A stretch of DNA of 30,591 nt. Source: a bacterium. GTDB lineage: Bacteria; Hinthialibacterota; Hinthialibacteria; Hinthialibacterales; Hinthialibacteraceae. Below are positions 1-7,604 of this stretch, piece by piece. Both the position numbers and the translations under genes were made by a program. Location of the stretch: contig JBHGBC010000059.1 of the NCBI GenBank assembly GCA_041946805.1, positions 1 to 30,591 of the forward strand, given 5' to 3'. Below the pieces are notes generated by a model, which was not told the origin of the DNA, did no database searches, and saw only the letters and a list, made by a program, of their open reading frames with translations. Each line of letters opens with the position of its first letter. The stretch's first letter is position 1.

Positions 1-37
1 AAAAACATCTCGTGACCCTTGATTGTTAACACAGTCG

Positions 38-132
38 CTCTCCCAGAGGGAGAGGGAATACATAATTTGGGGCCCTCTTGTCACAGAGCTTACGCCCTGG
101 GCTATGCTCATCCCGCGCCGCTGGCTCTGAAA
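38..132 (+). repeat. Composite REP-like element, copy 1 (hairpin A + 23-nt spacer + hairpin B + small hairpin)
   Basis: CTCTCCC-AGA-GGGAGAG hairpin (38-54), CACAGAGCTTACGCCCTGGGCT (82-103), GCGCCGCTGGCTC; same layout at 5397-5500 and 30251-30357. Confidence 0.75.
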
Positions 133-202
133 CGACAATACCACTATGTTTCCGTAACTCATTCTTTACGAAAACTCAACAGGACCTTGCAGGGCGGGCC
201 GC

Positions 203-679
203 TTAGCGGTTCATCCACCAAAGGGCGAGATTCAGGGTCAGCGCGTAACTCACCCAGGCCAGGTAGGGCACGAACAGCCACCCGGCCGCGGGCGCGATCC
301 GCCCGAACGCCGCCAGCGTGGCGGCGATGAGCCCCCAGAGGATCAGGATATCCACCAAGCCCGCGAACGGATTTTGCATTCCGAAAAACAGAAAGGACCA
401 CAAGGTATTGAAAACCAGCTGCGCCCCGAACAGCCCCAGGGCCAGGCGGCCTTCCCACCCTCCCGCCTTGCGCCACACGAGCCAGCCCGCCACCGCCATG
501 GCCAGGTACAACGCCGACCACACCGGCCCGAAGATCCAGTTGGGAGGATTCCAAAACGGCTTGCGCAGGGTGGGATACCACGTGCTCACCGATTCCGCCG
601 TCCAATACGAGCCCAGCCCCCCGGCGCCGAAACAGAGCAGGATGAACAGGGCCAATACCACCGTCTCGCGGATCGTCAT
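203..679 (-). CDS. tspO: TspO/MBR family tryptophan-rich sensory protein
   Basis: 158 aa, five hydrophobic segments; WYPTLRKPFWNPPNWIFGPVWSALY, LVFNTLWSFLFF and FVPYLAWVSYA motifs. Confidence 0.95.
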   Translation of the reverse strand: MTIRETVVLALFILLCFGAGGLGSYWTAESVSTWYPTLRKPFWNPPNWIFGPVWSALYLAMAVAGWLVWRKAGGWEGRLALGLFGAQLVFNTLWSFLFFGMQNPFAGLVDILILWGLIAATLAAFGRIAPAAGWLFVPYLAWVSYALTLNLALWWMNR

Positions 680-818
680 GGAGGTCTCGCTTTCGTAGGG
701 CAGTTGGCTTGATTACATATCAAAAAATTGCCAGAAGATAGATCGGCCCCGCCCCGGCGGGAAGGGATTCCACGCAATTGCCCCGTCCCCCTCCATCCTT
801 CCTGGCGCGGTCCCACGA

Positions 819-846
819 TGTCATTCCCGGGCGAGCGGGGATGCAG
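819..846 (+). repeat. REP-like palindrome family C, degenerate copy
   Basis: TGTCATTCCCGGGCGAGCGGGGATGCAG matches 10481-10508 at 23/28 positions. Confidence 0.65.
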
Positions 847-872
847 GACTCCTTGCCGACAGGCCTCAGGCC

Positions 873-900
873 GTAGGGGCACGTCGCAACGTGCCCCTGC
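873..900 (+). repeat. GTAG-type REP palindrome (family D)
   Basis: GTAGGGGCACGT-CGCA-ACGTGCCCCTGC near-perfect hairpin beginning with the GTAG tetranucleotide typical of RAYT-associated REPs. Confidence 0.7.
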
Positions 901-1154
901 TTTCCAATTGGGATATCATTCTCTTACCCTTCTCCCGGCCTGAACCTGAAGAAAGGATACACGATCAAGACGCCCGCGCCACAAAAGCTGGCAAGGGGCT
1001 GCATTTCCTATTGAGCCCACCCACCTTTTTATGCGGGACGGAAAGAAATTGACTAAAACGCTCCCGAGGAGGAAAATAAAAGTATCTTAGAAATCCATTA
1101 AAAGACCGAAGCGATTATCAGCGCGGCGCCAGACCGCTTCAAGGAACAAATCCC

Positions 1155-1410
1155 ATGGTGAAACCGATCCAGAAAATCCCGGAAATTCCCTTGAATTTAG
1201 AAAATCTATGCCAGGAAGTGTTATCTCAAAACCAACCAGTCTATTTCCATTTCCGCGGCCATCAATTCGCCCTGCTGTCCGCGGAAGAATTGCGTTACCT
1301 CGAATCGTTGGAAGAAGAGAACGACATTCAATGCGCGCGAATCTCTCCAAGAACCGGGTGAAAACCTCACGTTGGACCGACTGAAAAAGGATATCGGTTT
1401 TCAAGGATGA
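1155..1410 (+). pseudogene. Type II TA antitoxin (Phd/YefM- or RelB-like), frameshifted at about 1334-1339
   Basis: RBS AAGGA at 1141-1145; FALLSAEELRYLESLEEENDIQCAR stops at 1361, but the +1 frame continues ARESLQEPGENLTLDRLKKDIGFQG* and ends at 1408-1410, overlapping the toxin ATG (ATGA). Confidence 0.8.
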
Positions 1411-1664
1411 CATATCAAGTTGAAATTCGGCCGCATGCGCTTCGTGAATTGAAAAAACTGCCCCAAGATGTTCAAAAACGGTTGGTTGCCAAAATAAGTG
1501 ATCTTGCTCAAGATCCCAGACCAACTGGTTCTGTTAATCTTAATTCACCGGAATGCTTTTATCGGCTTCGCGTGGGAATTTATCGGTTCATTTACTCCAG
1601 GGAGGATAATCGGTGGGTTGTGGTGATAATCCATGTGGCTCATCGGCGGGATACGTACCGCTAA
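1407..1664 (+). CDS. relE: RelE/ParE family toxin (RelE/StbE-like mRNA interferase)
   Basis: 85 aa; MTYQVEIRPHALRELKKLP...DPRP...YRLRVGIYRFIY...HVAHRRDTYR; directly downstream of antitoxin. Confidence 0.9.
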   Translation: MTYQVEIRPHALRELKKLPQDVQKRLVAKISDLAQDPRPTGSVNLNSPECFYRLRVGIYRFIYSREDNRWVVVIIHVAHRRDTYR

Positions 1665-1694
1665 TCATACCGCTTCATCCTAAGACCCTACGTA

Positions 1695-2429
1695 TCATCT
1701 CGTCTTTTGGAAATAGAAGTTCTCGCCGAGGTAGGTTTCGCGCACGATGGGATCATCGATGAGTTGCAGGGCGCTGCCCTGGGTGAGGATCACCCCCTGG
1801 TGCATGATGTAGGCCCGGTCGGTGACCTCGAGCGTTTCGCGCACGCTGTGGTCGGTGATGAGCACGCCGATCTTGCGTTTTTTCATCTGCAGGATGATCT
1901 CCTGCAGCTCGCCCACCGCGATCGGGTCCACGCCCGAAAACGGTTCGTCCAACAGCAGGATGCGGGGACGCGCCGCCAGCGCCCGGCAAATCTCCAACCG
2001 CCGCTTTTCCCCTCCCGACAGGGTCTCCGCCTTCCGGCCGTACAGGCGCGTCAGTTCCGATTCCTCGAGCAGGCTCTGGCAGGCGGCCTTGCGCTCTTCG
2101 GCGGTCATGGGCATGTTTTCCAGGACCACCAGGATGTTCTGCTCGACCGTCAGGTTCCGGAAGATGGAAGGCTCCTGCGAGAGGTAGCCGATGCCCATCC
2201 GCGCGCGGCGCGACAAGGGGCGGTGGGTGATGTCGATGCCGTCCAGGCCGATGGTCCCCTGGTCGGGCCGCACGATGCCCATGATCATGCCGAAAGTGGT
2301 GGTCTTGCCCGCCCCGTTGGGCCCCAGCAGGCCGACGATTTCAGTGCTGGAGACCGACAGGCTGACATCGCTCACCACGGTCTTCTGCCCGTAGCGTTTC
2401 ACCAGGTTATGGGCCCGCAATACCGCCAT
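1695..2429 (-). CDS. lptB: LPS export ABC transporter ATP-binding protein
   Basis: 244 aa; GLLGPNGAGKTTTF Walker A, YLSQEPSIFRNLTV, LSGGEKRRLEICRALA, LLDEPFSGVDPIAV, ITDHSVRETL, YLGENF C-terminus. Confidence 0.93.
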   Translation of the reverse strand: MAVLRAHNLVKRYGQKTVVSDVSLSVSSTEIVGLLGPNGAGKTTTFGMIMGIVRPDQGTIGLDGIDITHRPLSRRARMGIGYLSQEPSIFRNLTVEQNILVVLENMPMTAEERKAACQSLLEESELTRLYGRKAETLSGGEKRRLEICRALAARPRILLLDEPFSGVDPIAVGELQEIILQMKKRKIGVLITDHSVRETLEVTDRAYIMHQGVILTQGSALQLIDDPIVRETYLGENFYFQKTR

Positions 2430-2447
2430 GGATGTCCTGCGTCCACC

Positions 2448-3278
2448 TTATCCCGCCGGATGACGCGGCTTGCGCGCCACCAGCCCCAGGTAGGGAGCGA
2501 AATTGGGCGTCAGGGCCACGATCACCTTGTTTTTCCAGCTCATCGCGTGCCCCCGCTGCTCGATGGAGCAGCCCCGGCCCCGCAGGTAGCGGGCCAGGTC
2601 GATGGGATTGGCCAGATAGACGCTGTCCGAATCCCCGCCGATTTCCCGCTCGGACAGGTCCGGCTCCCGGTACAGGAAACGGGGGCGCGGCGAAAGTTTC
2701 TTTTTCCAGGATAGCCAAAGATTTTTTTTCAACCAGCCGAACGCCTGGGGGATGGTTTCCGCGAACACCGGCCGCCCTGAGCCCCCCAACAACATCCGTA
2801 CCAAGTCGGCGGCGGGCAGATAGGGTGATAACAGGTTGGGCGAGTGAAAGATCAAAAAGCCGCCCGGTTGCAGCACGCGCAGGCATTCCTCCAACAGTCC
2901 GGGGACATCCGGCACGTGCTCGATGAACTCGAACGCCGCCACCGCGTCGAAAAGCCCGTCCCCGAACGGCAGCTGCCGCGCGTCCCCGGCCAGCAGTTGG
3001 GCGCCGGGATCCTTCTGTTTTTCGACAGTCAGAAAGAGGGGTGAGAGATCCAGGCCGAAGGCCGAGTACCCGCGCCGGCCGAGCAGGCAGGCGGACAAGC
3101 CCGTGCCGCAGCCCAGGTCGAGGATCCGCGCCGGCTTGGTCACATGCCGTTCCACCAAAATCAAATACGGTTCGAGAAACGCTTCGCCGTGAGTTTGCAG
3201 ATCGTCGCGGTACCGGGTGCTGGTTTGGTAGTAGCGCTTCAGCCGGCCGGCGACAGGGCCTTCGGATGTATGGGCCAT
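2448..3278 (-). CDS. Class I SAM-dependent methyltransferase
   Basis: 276 aa; ILDLGCGTG motif I, GDARQLPFGDGLFDAV, RVLQPGG. Confidence 0.9.
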   Translation of the reverse strand: MAHTSEGPVAGRLKRYYQTSTRYRDDLQTHGEAFLEPYLILVERHVTKPARILDLGCGTGLSACLLGRRGYSAFGLDLSPLFLTVEKQKDPGAQLLAGDARQLPFGDGLFDAVAAFEFIEHVPDVPGLLEECLRVLQPGGFLIFHSPNLLSPYLPAADLVRMLLGGSGRPVFAETIPQAFGWLKKNLWLSWKKKLSPRPRFLYREPDLSEREIGGDSDSVYLANPIDLARYLRGRGCSIEQRGHAMSWKNKVIVALTPNFAPYLGLVARKPRHPAG

Positions 3279-3287
3279 GATCGCGTA

Positions 3288-4604
3288 TTACGCCTTGACG
3301 ATATGATCGCGGAGATTATTAACGTACCGGGTGGCGTTGCGGGTATCGATCACCAGGTCCGCGTGATCCACCACCCATTGGTAATCCACACACGAATGAT
3401 CGGTCAGGATCAACACCGCATCCTGTCCGCGCACCGTCTCCTCGGTCAAGGGGATCGAGGCCAGCCCCAGATCGCCCCGCCGTCCCTTGGGATACCGGGG
3501 AACGTAGGGATCGTGATACTGCACTTCCATCCCCCATTCCCGCAGCAGTTCGACCACCTTGAGCGCGGGCGATTCGCGGACATCGTCCACATCTTTCTTG
3601 TACGCTACGCCCAGCACCAGGAGGCGGGCGCCCTTGATCGGGAGGCCCCGTTCCGCCAGCGCCTCGACCACCTTCATCACCACGTAGCGGGGCATGCCCA
3701 GGTTGATCTCTCCCGCCAGCTCGATGAATCGGGTCGAAAACTCCACTTCGCGGGCCTTCCAGGTCAGATAGAAGGGATCGATCGGGATGCAATGCCCGCC
3801 CAATCCCGGCCCGGGATAAAACGGTTGAAACCCGAAGGGCTTGCTCGAGGCCGCGTCGATGACTTCCCATACATCGAGATGCAGCCGGTCGCACAGCATC
3901 TTGAGTTCATTCACCAGCGCGATGTTCACCGCCCGGTAGATGTTCTCCAACAACTTGGTCATTTCCGCCGCCTGAGTGGAGGACACGGGAATCACCCGGT
4001 CGAACAATTGCCGGTACAACGCCGTCCCGGCCTCCAGGCAGGCGGGCGTGCTTCCCCCGAATACCTTGGGAATCGTGCGGGTCGAGTAATCCTTGCGCCC
4101 CGGATCTTCCCGCTCCGGCGAGTAGGCCAGAAAGATGTCCTCCCCCACTTTCAAACCGGCGGCCTCCAGGCAGGGGCGGATGCGCTCCTCCGTGGTCCCC
4201 GGGTAGGTAGTGCTTTCGAGCACGATCAGCTGACCGGCGCGCAGATTGGCGGCGATGGCGGCCGCGGTGGCGTCCACGGCCGAGAGATCCGGCTCGCGGT
4301 ATTCATTCAGCGGCGTGGGGACGCAGATGATGATGGCATCGGCCTCACGCAGCCGCGTGTAATCCGTGGTCGCCTCGAACATCCCCCCGTCCCGCAATGT
4401 CCGGATCAACGAGGCGGGGATGTGATGGATGTACGACTCTCCGTGTTGAAGTTTTTCCACCTTCACGGGATCGATATCGAAGCCCAGTGTCTTGAATCCC
4501 GAACGGGTTGTCTCCAGGATGAACGGCAGGCCGACATATCCCAGCCCGATCACCCCCAGTACCGCGCTCTTGTCTTGGATTTTTTGGATCAGAAGTTCTT
4601 TCAT
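3288..4604 (-). CDS. Nucleotide-sugar dehydrogenase (UDP-GlcNAc/UDP-ManNAc 6-dehydrogenase, WbpA/WecC family)
   Basis: 438 aa; GLGYVGLP Rossmann motif, CVPTP, ESTTYPGTT, SPEREDPG, KLLENIYRAVNIA, GPGLGGHCIPIDP (catalytic Cys), GVAYKKDVDDVRESP. Confidence 0.95.
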   Translation of the reverse strand: MKELLIQKIQDKSAVLGVIGLGYVGLPFILETTRSGFKTLGFDIDPVKVEKLQHGESYIHHIPASLIRTLRDGGMFEATTDYTRLREADAIIICVPTPLNEYREPDLSAVDATAAAIAANLRAGQLIVLESTTYPGTTEERIRPCLEAAGLKVGEDIFLAYSPEREDPGRKDYSTRTIPKVFGGSTPACLEAGTALYRQLFDRVIPVSSTQAAEMTKLLENIYRAVNIALVNELKMLCDRLHLDVWEVIDAASSKPFGFQPFYPGPGLGGHCIPIDPFYLTWKAREVEFSTRFIELAGEINLGMPRYVVMKVVEALAERGLPIKGARLLVLGVAYKKDVDDVRESPALKVVELLREWGMEVQYHDPYVPRYPKGRRGDLGLASIPLTEETVRGQDAVLILTDHSCVDYQWVVDHADLVIDTRNATRYVNNLRDHIVKA

Positions 4605-4795
4605 CGCCGGTTGCCGTCCTGTTTTGCAGTGAGAAAGAAATCACGTCTCCCCGGGAAAGGATAGGCCTTCCTCTCACGGACCTGTTTTCCGTTCTGATCA
4701 CTTGACTTATCGCCATCCTGAATGAGACTGAAATGTCAAGCGATCATCTTGGTGGATAGGCTTTTGCGCGTCAAGCGGCGCAGGGGCCATGTATT

Positions 4796-4801
4796 TATAA
4801 T
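4796..4801 (+). promoter_or_regulatory. Candidate -10 box upstream of smpB
   Basis: Perfect TATAAT 22 nt upstream of ATG 4824; no good -35 at 17 nt. Confidence 0.35.
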
Positions 4802-4823
4802 GATCGGTGGGTTGGTTAAAAAG

Positions 4824-5297
4824 ATGAACAAGAAATCTTCCTTCGGCGAATCCCAGAAAATCGTGGCCACCAACCGCAAGGCCCGGCATCTCTATCACAT
4901 CCTGGAGACTTTCCAGGCGGGGATCGTGCTGAAGGGCACCGAGGTCAAATCCATGCGCGAGGGACACGCCAACCTCCAGGAGGGCTACGCCGCCATCAAA
5001 AACGGCGAACTCTACCTGATGGATTGCCACATCAGCCCCTACTCGCACGCCAGTTTCGACAACCACGATCCCCTGCGGCCCCGCAAACTGCTGATGCACA
5101 AGCGTGAGATCGCCCGCTTGTCCGGTAAAATTCAGGCCAAGGGTTTCACGCTGGTTCCCTTGAAATTGTATTTTGTCCGGGGCAAGGTCAAGGTGGATCT
5201 GGCCCTGGCGCGGGGCAAAAAGATGTGGGACAAGCGGGAGGACGTCAAACGCCGGGACATCGAACGCGATATGCGCCAAAATCAAAAATACACGTGA
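4824..5297 (+). CDS. smpB: SsrA-binding protein SmpB
   Basis: 157 aa from ATG 4824 (track start 4722 adds a non-homologous extension); ATNRKARHLY, AGIVLKGTEVKS, HDPLRPRKLLMHKREI, KGFTLVPL, ARGKKMWDKRE. Confidence 0.97.
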   Translation: MNKKSSFGESQKIVATNRKARHLYHILETFQAGIVLKGTEVKSMREGHANLQEGYAAIKNGELYLMDCHISPYSHASFDNHDPLRPRKLLMHKREIARLSGKIQAKGFTLVPLKLYFVRGKVKVDLALARGKKMWDKREDVKRRDIERDMRQNQKYT

Positions 5298-5396
5298 GCT
5301 TTCAGCTCCATTACGATTTCCTACGCCGCCTGAAACAGCCAGCAGCGACTATTGAACCGTGATACGGATATTCGGCAGGGCGCCCATTCAGGATTA

Positions 5397-5500
5397 CCCT
5401 CACCCAGGCCCTCTCCCAGAGGGAAAGGGGATTAATTACTTTTATATTATCCCTCCCAGGGCTTACGCCTTAGACTCATGCCGCGCTATTGGCGCTCAAA
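5397..5500 (+). repeat. Composite REP-like element, copy 2
   Basis: CCCTCACCCAGGCCCTCTCCCAGAGGGAAAGGGGA, 23-nt spacer (5432-5454), CCCAGGGCTTACGCC..., GCGCTATTGGCGCTC. Confidence 0.75.
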
Positions 5501-5603
5501 AGCTGTACTGCAAACCGGTAACTGGTTACTCTAGATAACACAGTACCGCGTTAGTCTTTTTGATTCGTATCCGGTTGTGGGACATGAATCCGTTCTCTCA
5601 TCC

Positions 5604-5639
5604 GCTCCTTCTCCCGGAGAGAGAGGATTGGAGTGAGGG
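5604..5639 (-). repeat. REP-like palindrome family A, inverted degenerate copy
   Basis: Minus strand reads CCCTCACTCCAATCCTCTCTCTCCGGGAGAAGGAG, similar to 9137-9171. Confidence 0.7.
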
Positions 5640-5655
5640 AAATACCATTACCATT

Positions 5656-6405
5656 ATGAAACCATCCCCTCGGCATTGGATGATGAATACCACGAATTCC
5701 TGGCTTCCCTTTCTCGCCTCCCTTCCCGCGTATCTCTATATCCAACTGGTCGGAAAAACCAATCGGTTCCGCTGCGTGGGGCCGGATTACCAAGCCCTTC
5801 TGCGGCAAAAGCAAGGCCCGTTTCTCTTCGCCATCTGGCACAGCCGGGTGTTAATCCCGGTCTATCATGTCCGAAGACAGGGGGTGGCGGTAATCGTCAG
5901 CCAGAGCCAGGACGGTGAAATCGTAACTCAGTTGATGAATCGTTTCCGCATCCACGCCACCCGCGGCTCCACCAACCGTTCCGGCTCAGATGGCTTGTTG
6001 GGCCTCGTCCACTGGCTCAAGAACGGCCACACCGCCGTGATCCCGGTTGACGGCCCCCGCGGCCCGCGCGAAGCGGTCCAGCCCGGCATCATCCAACTCG
6101 CCCGCCTGACAGGCATTCCCATCACGCCCATCTGCCTCTCCGCCTCCCGTTGCCACCGCTTCAACAGCTGGGACCGTTTCGTGCTTCCCTACCCCTTCGG
6201 CACGATCTACCTGGCTTCCAGCGAATCGATCCATATCCCCCGGGATCTGCCCCGCTCCGGATTCGAGGCCAAACGCATGGAGCTCGAACACGCCATGCGC
6301 CAGGTCACCGAAACCGCCGACGCCCTGGCGGCGGGAAACCAGGATATCCTCAATCGGACGGGGAATCATGCAGCAGGGCGCGATATACCGTTTCGAGACG
6401 GCTGA
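5656..6405 (+). CDS. DUF374 / lysophospholipid acyltransferase (LPLAT) family protein
   Basis: FAIWHSR, VSQSQDGE, RGSTNRSG, PVDGPRGP, SWDRFVLPYPF motifs; start uncertain (5656, 5680 or 5683) because the track N-terminus runs through a REP. Confidence 0.85.
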   Translation: MKPSPRHWMMNTTNSWLPFLASLPAYLYIQLVGKTNRFRCVGPDYQALLRQKQGPFLFAIWHSRVLIPVYHVRRQGVAVIVSQSQDGEIVTQLMNRFRIHATRGSTNRSGSDGLLGLVHWLKNGHTAVIPVDGPRGPREAVQPGIIQLARLTGIPITPICLSASRCHRFNSWDRFVLPYPFGTIYLASSESIHIPRDLPRSGFEAKRMELEHAMRQVTETADALAAGNQDILNRTGNHAAGRDIPFRDG

Positions 6406-7492
6406 CTGTCTCCGCGAAATTGAAACACTCCCGCGCCCGTTGACGCGCCCCCGCGGATAATGCCTCCCGCAGGCCCCCCTCTTGTAATATCCGCCGGATC
6501 GCTTCCGACAATGCCCACGCGTCGCGGGGCGGAACCGCCAGGCCGGATACTCCCTCTTGGTTCACGTCCCGCACGCCGGTGGTGAGATTGGTGGTGATCA
6601 CCGGGCAGCCCCGTTCCATGGCCTCCAGCAGCACATAGCCGAACGCCTCGTTGCGGGAGATCGAAGGCAGCACCAACACGGCGGCCGCCTGGTACAACGC
6701 CGCCTTTTCCTCCTCGCTCACCGTTCCCAAAAAGCGGATGCCGCCTTCGGGCCGCGCCCGTTCCGCCTGGCGTTGGAGTTTCTCCCGCAGGGGGCCGTCT
6801 CCCGCGATCCACAATGCGGCGGGGATGGATTTCATCGCCTCGATCACATAGGTCAGCCCCTTATACCCCACCAGGCGGCCGACAAACAACACGCCGGGCT
6901 GTCCCGCGCTGGAACGGATCTGTTCCGCCAAGGCCCGGATGCGCGCTTCATTCAATTCGGGATCGGGGGGAACCGCGAGGGGAATCACCCGGCATTTCTC
7001 CCGGTGGGGACGCAATGCGCGGGATTGGAGCCTAAGGGTTTCCGACGTGACGATAATGGCCGAACAACGGCGCAGAAAACGTTGTTCAAAATGGGTAAAA
7101 AACGGCCTCAGCCACCATTGACGCACGATATCGCTATGCCAGGTGCAGGCCAGGGGAACCGCATCCGGCGCCGCGCGCGCCGTCCACCACCCGAGGGGAA
7201 AGGGCACATGCACATGCAACAAATCCGGCTTCAGTTCATGGAGATAGGACCAAAAACGGGTTACAATCGGTTGGGAATACACTCGGGCCAGCCGCGGCGC
7301 GCGGAGGATCTGAACCCCGTTTTTTACTTCCCGGATTTCATACCACCCGGGATTGCACACTAGCGCCGACACTCGCCAGCCGCGGCGGACCAAGGCTTCG
7401 CTCATGTCCCGGACATGCCGCTCGATCCCTCCGATCCAGGGCGGATAGGCTTTGTTGATCATGACGACCTGCGGGCGCGCGGCATCTTTCAT
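6350..7492 (-). CDS. Glycosyltransferase family 4 (GT-B)
   Basis: KAYPPWIGGIERHV, LFVGRLVGYKGL, IAGDGPLR, LPSISRNEAFGYVLLEAM (EX7E); ATG at 7492 preferred to TTG at 7531. Confidence 0.93.
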   Translation of the reverse strand: MKDAARPQVVMINKAYPPWIGGIERHVRDMSEALVRRGWRVSALVCNPGWYEIREVKNGVQILRAPRLARVYSQPIVTRFWSYLHELKPDLLHVHVPFPLGWWTARAAPDAVPLACTWHSDIVRQWWLRPFFTHFEQRFLRRCSAIIVTSETLRLQSRALRPHREKCRVIPLAVPPDPELNEARIRALAEQIRSSAGQPGVLFVGRLVGYKGLTYVIEAMKSIPAALWIAGDGPLREKLQRQAERARPEGGIRFLGTVSEEEKAALYQAAAVLVLPSISRNEAFGYVLLEAMERGCPVITTNLTTGVRDVNQEGVSGLAVPPRDAWALSEAIRRILQEGGLREALSAGARQRARECFNFAETVSRLETVYRALLHDSPSD

Positions 7493-7604
7493 CGAATGGA
7501 ATCCGGGCAGCGGCGCGTTCGTTTCCCGCAAAGTATTGACTTGCGCGAGGGACGCGCCGGATTACACTTCCTGTATCACCCTATCTTTGGGAGGCGTAGC
7601 GATC

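Noticed and set aside
38..132. CRISPR array interpretation of the constant-length spacer elements
   Set aside because: Copies are dispersed kilobases apart, the two flanking repeats differ from each other, and no cas genes are present
1049..1077. TA promoter TTGACT-17 nt-GAAAAT
   Set aside because: Weak -10 match and no clear operator palindrome
3144..4664. 506-aa plus-strand ORF
   Set aside because: Antisense shadow of the nucleotide-sugar dehydrogenase; no recognisable motifs; expected from GC-rich codon bias
5298..5655. tmRNA (ssrA) next to smpB
   Set aside because: No tRNA-like 5' end, T-arm/CCA 3' end or tag peptide seen; the region is occupied by REP-like repeats
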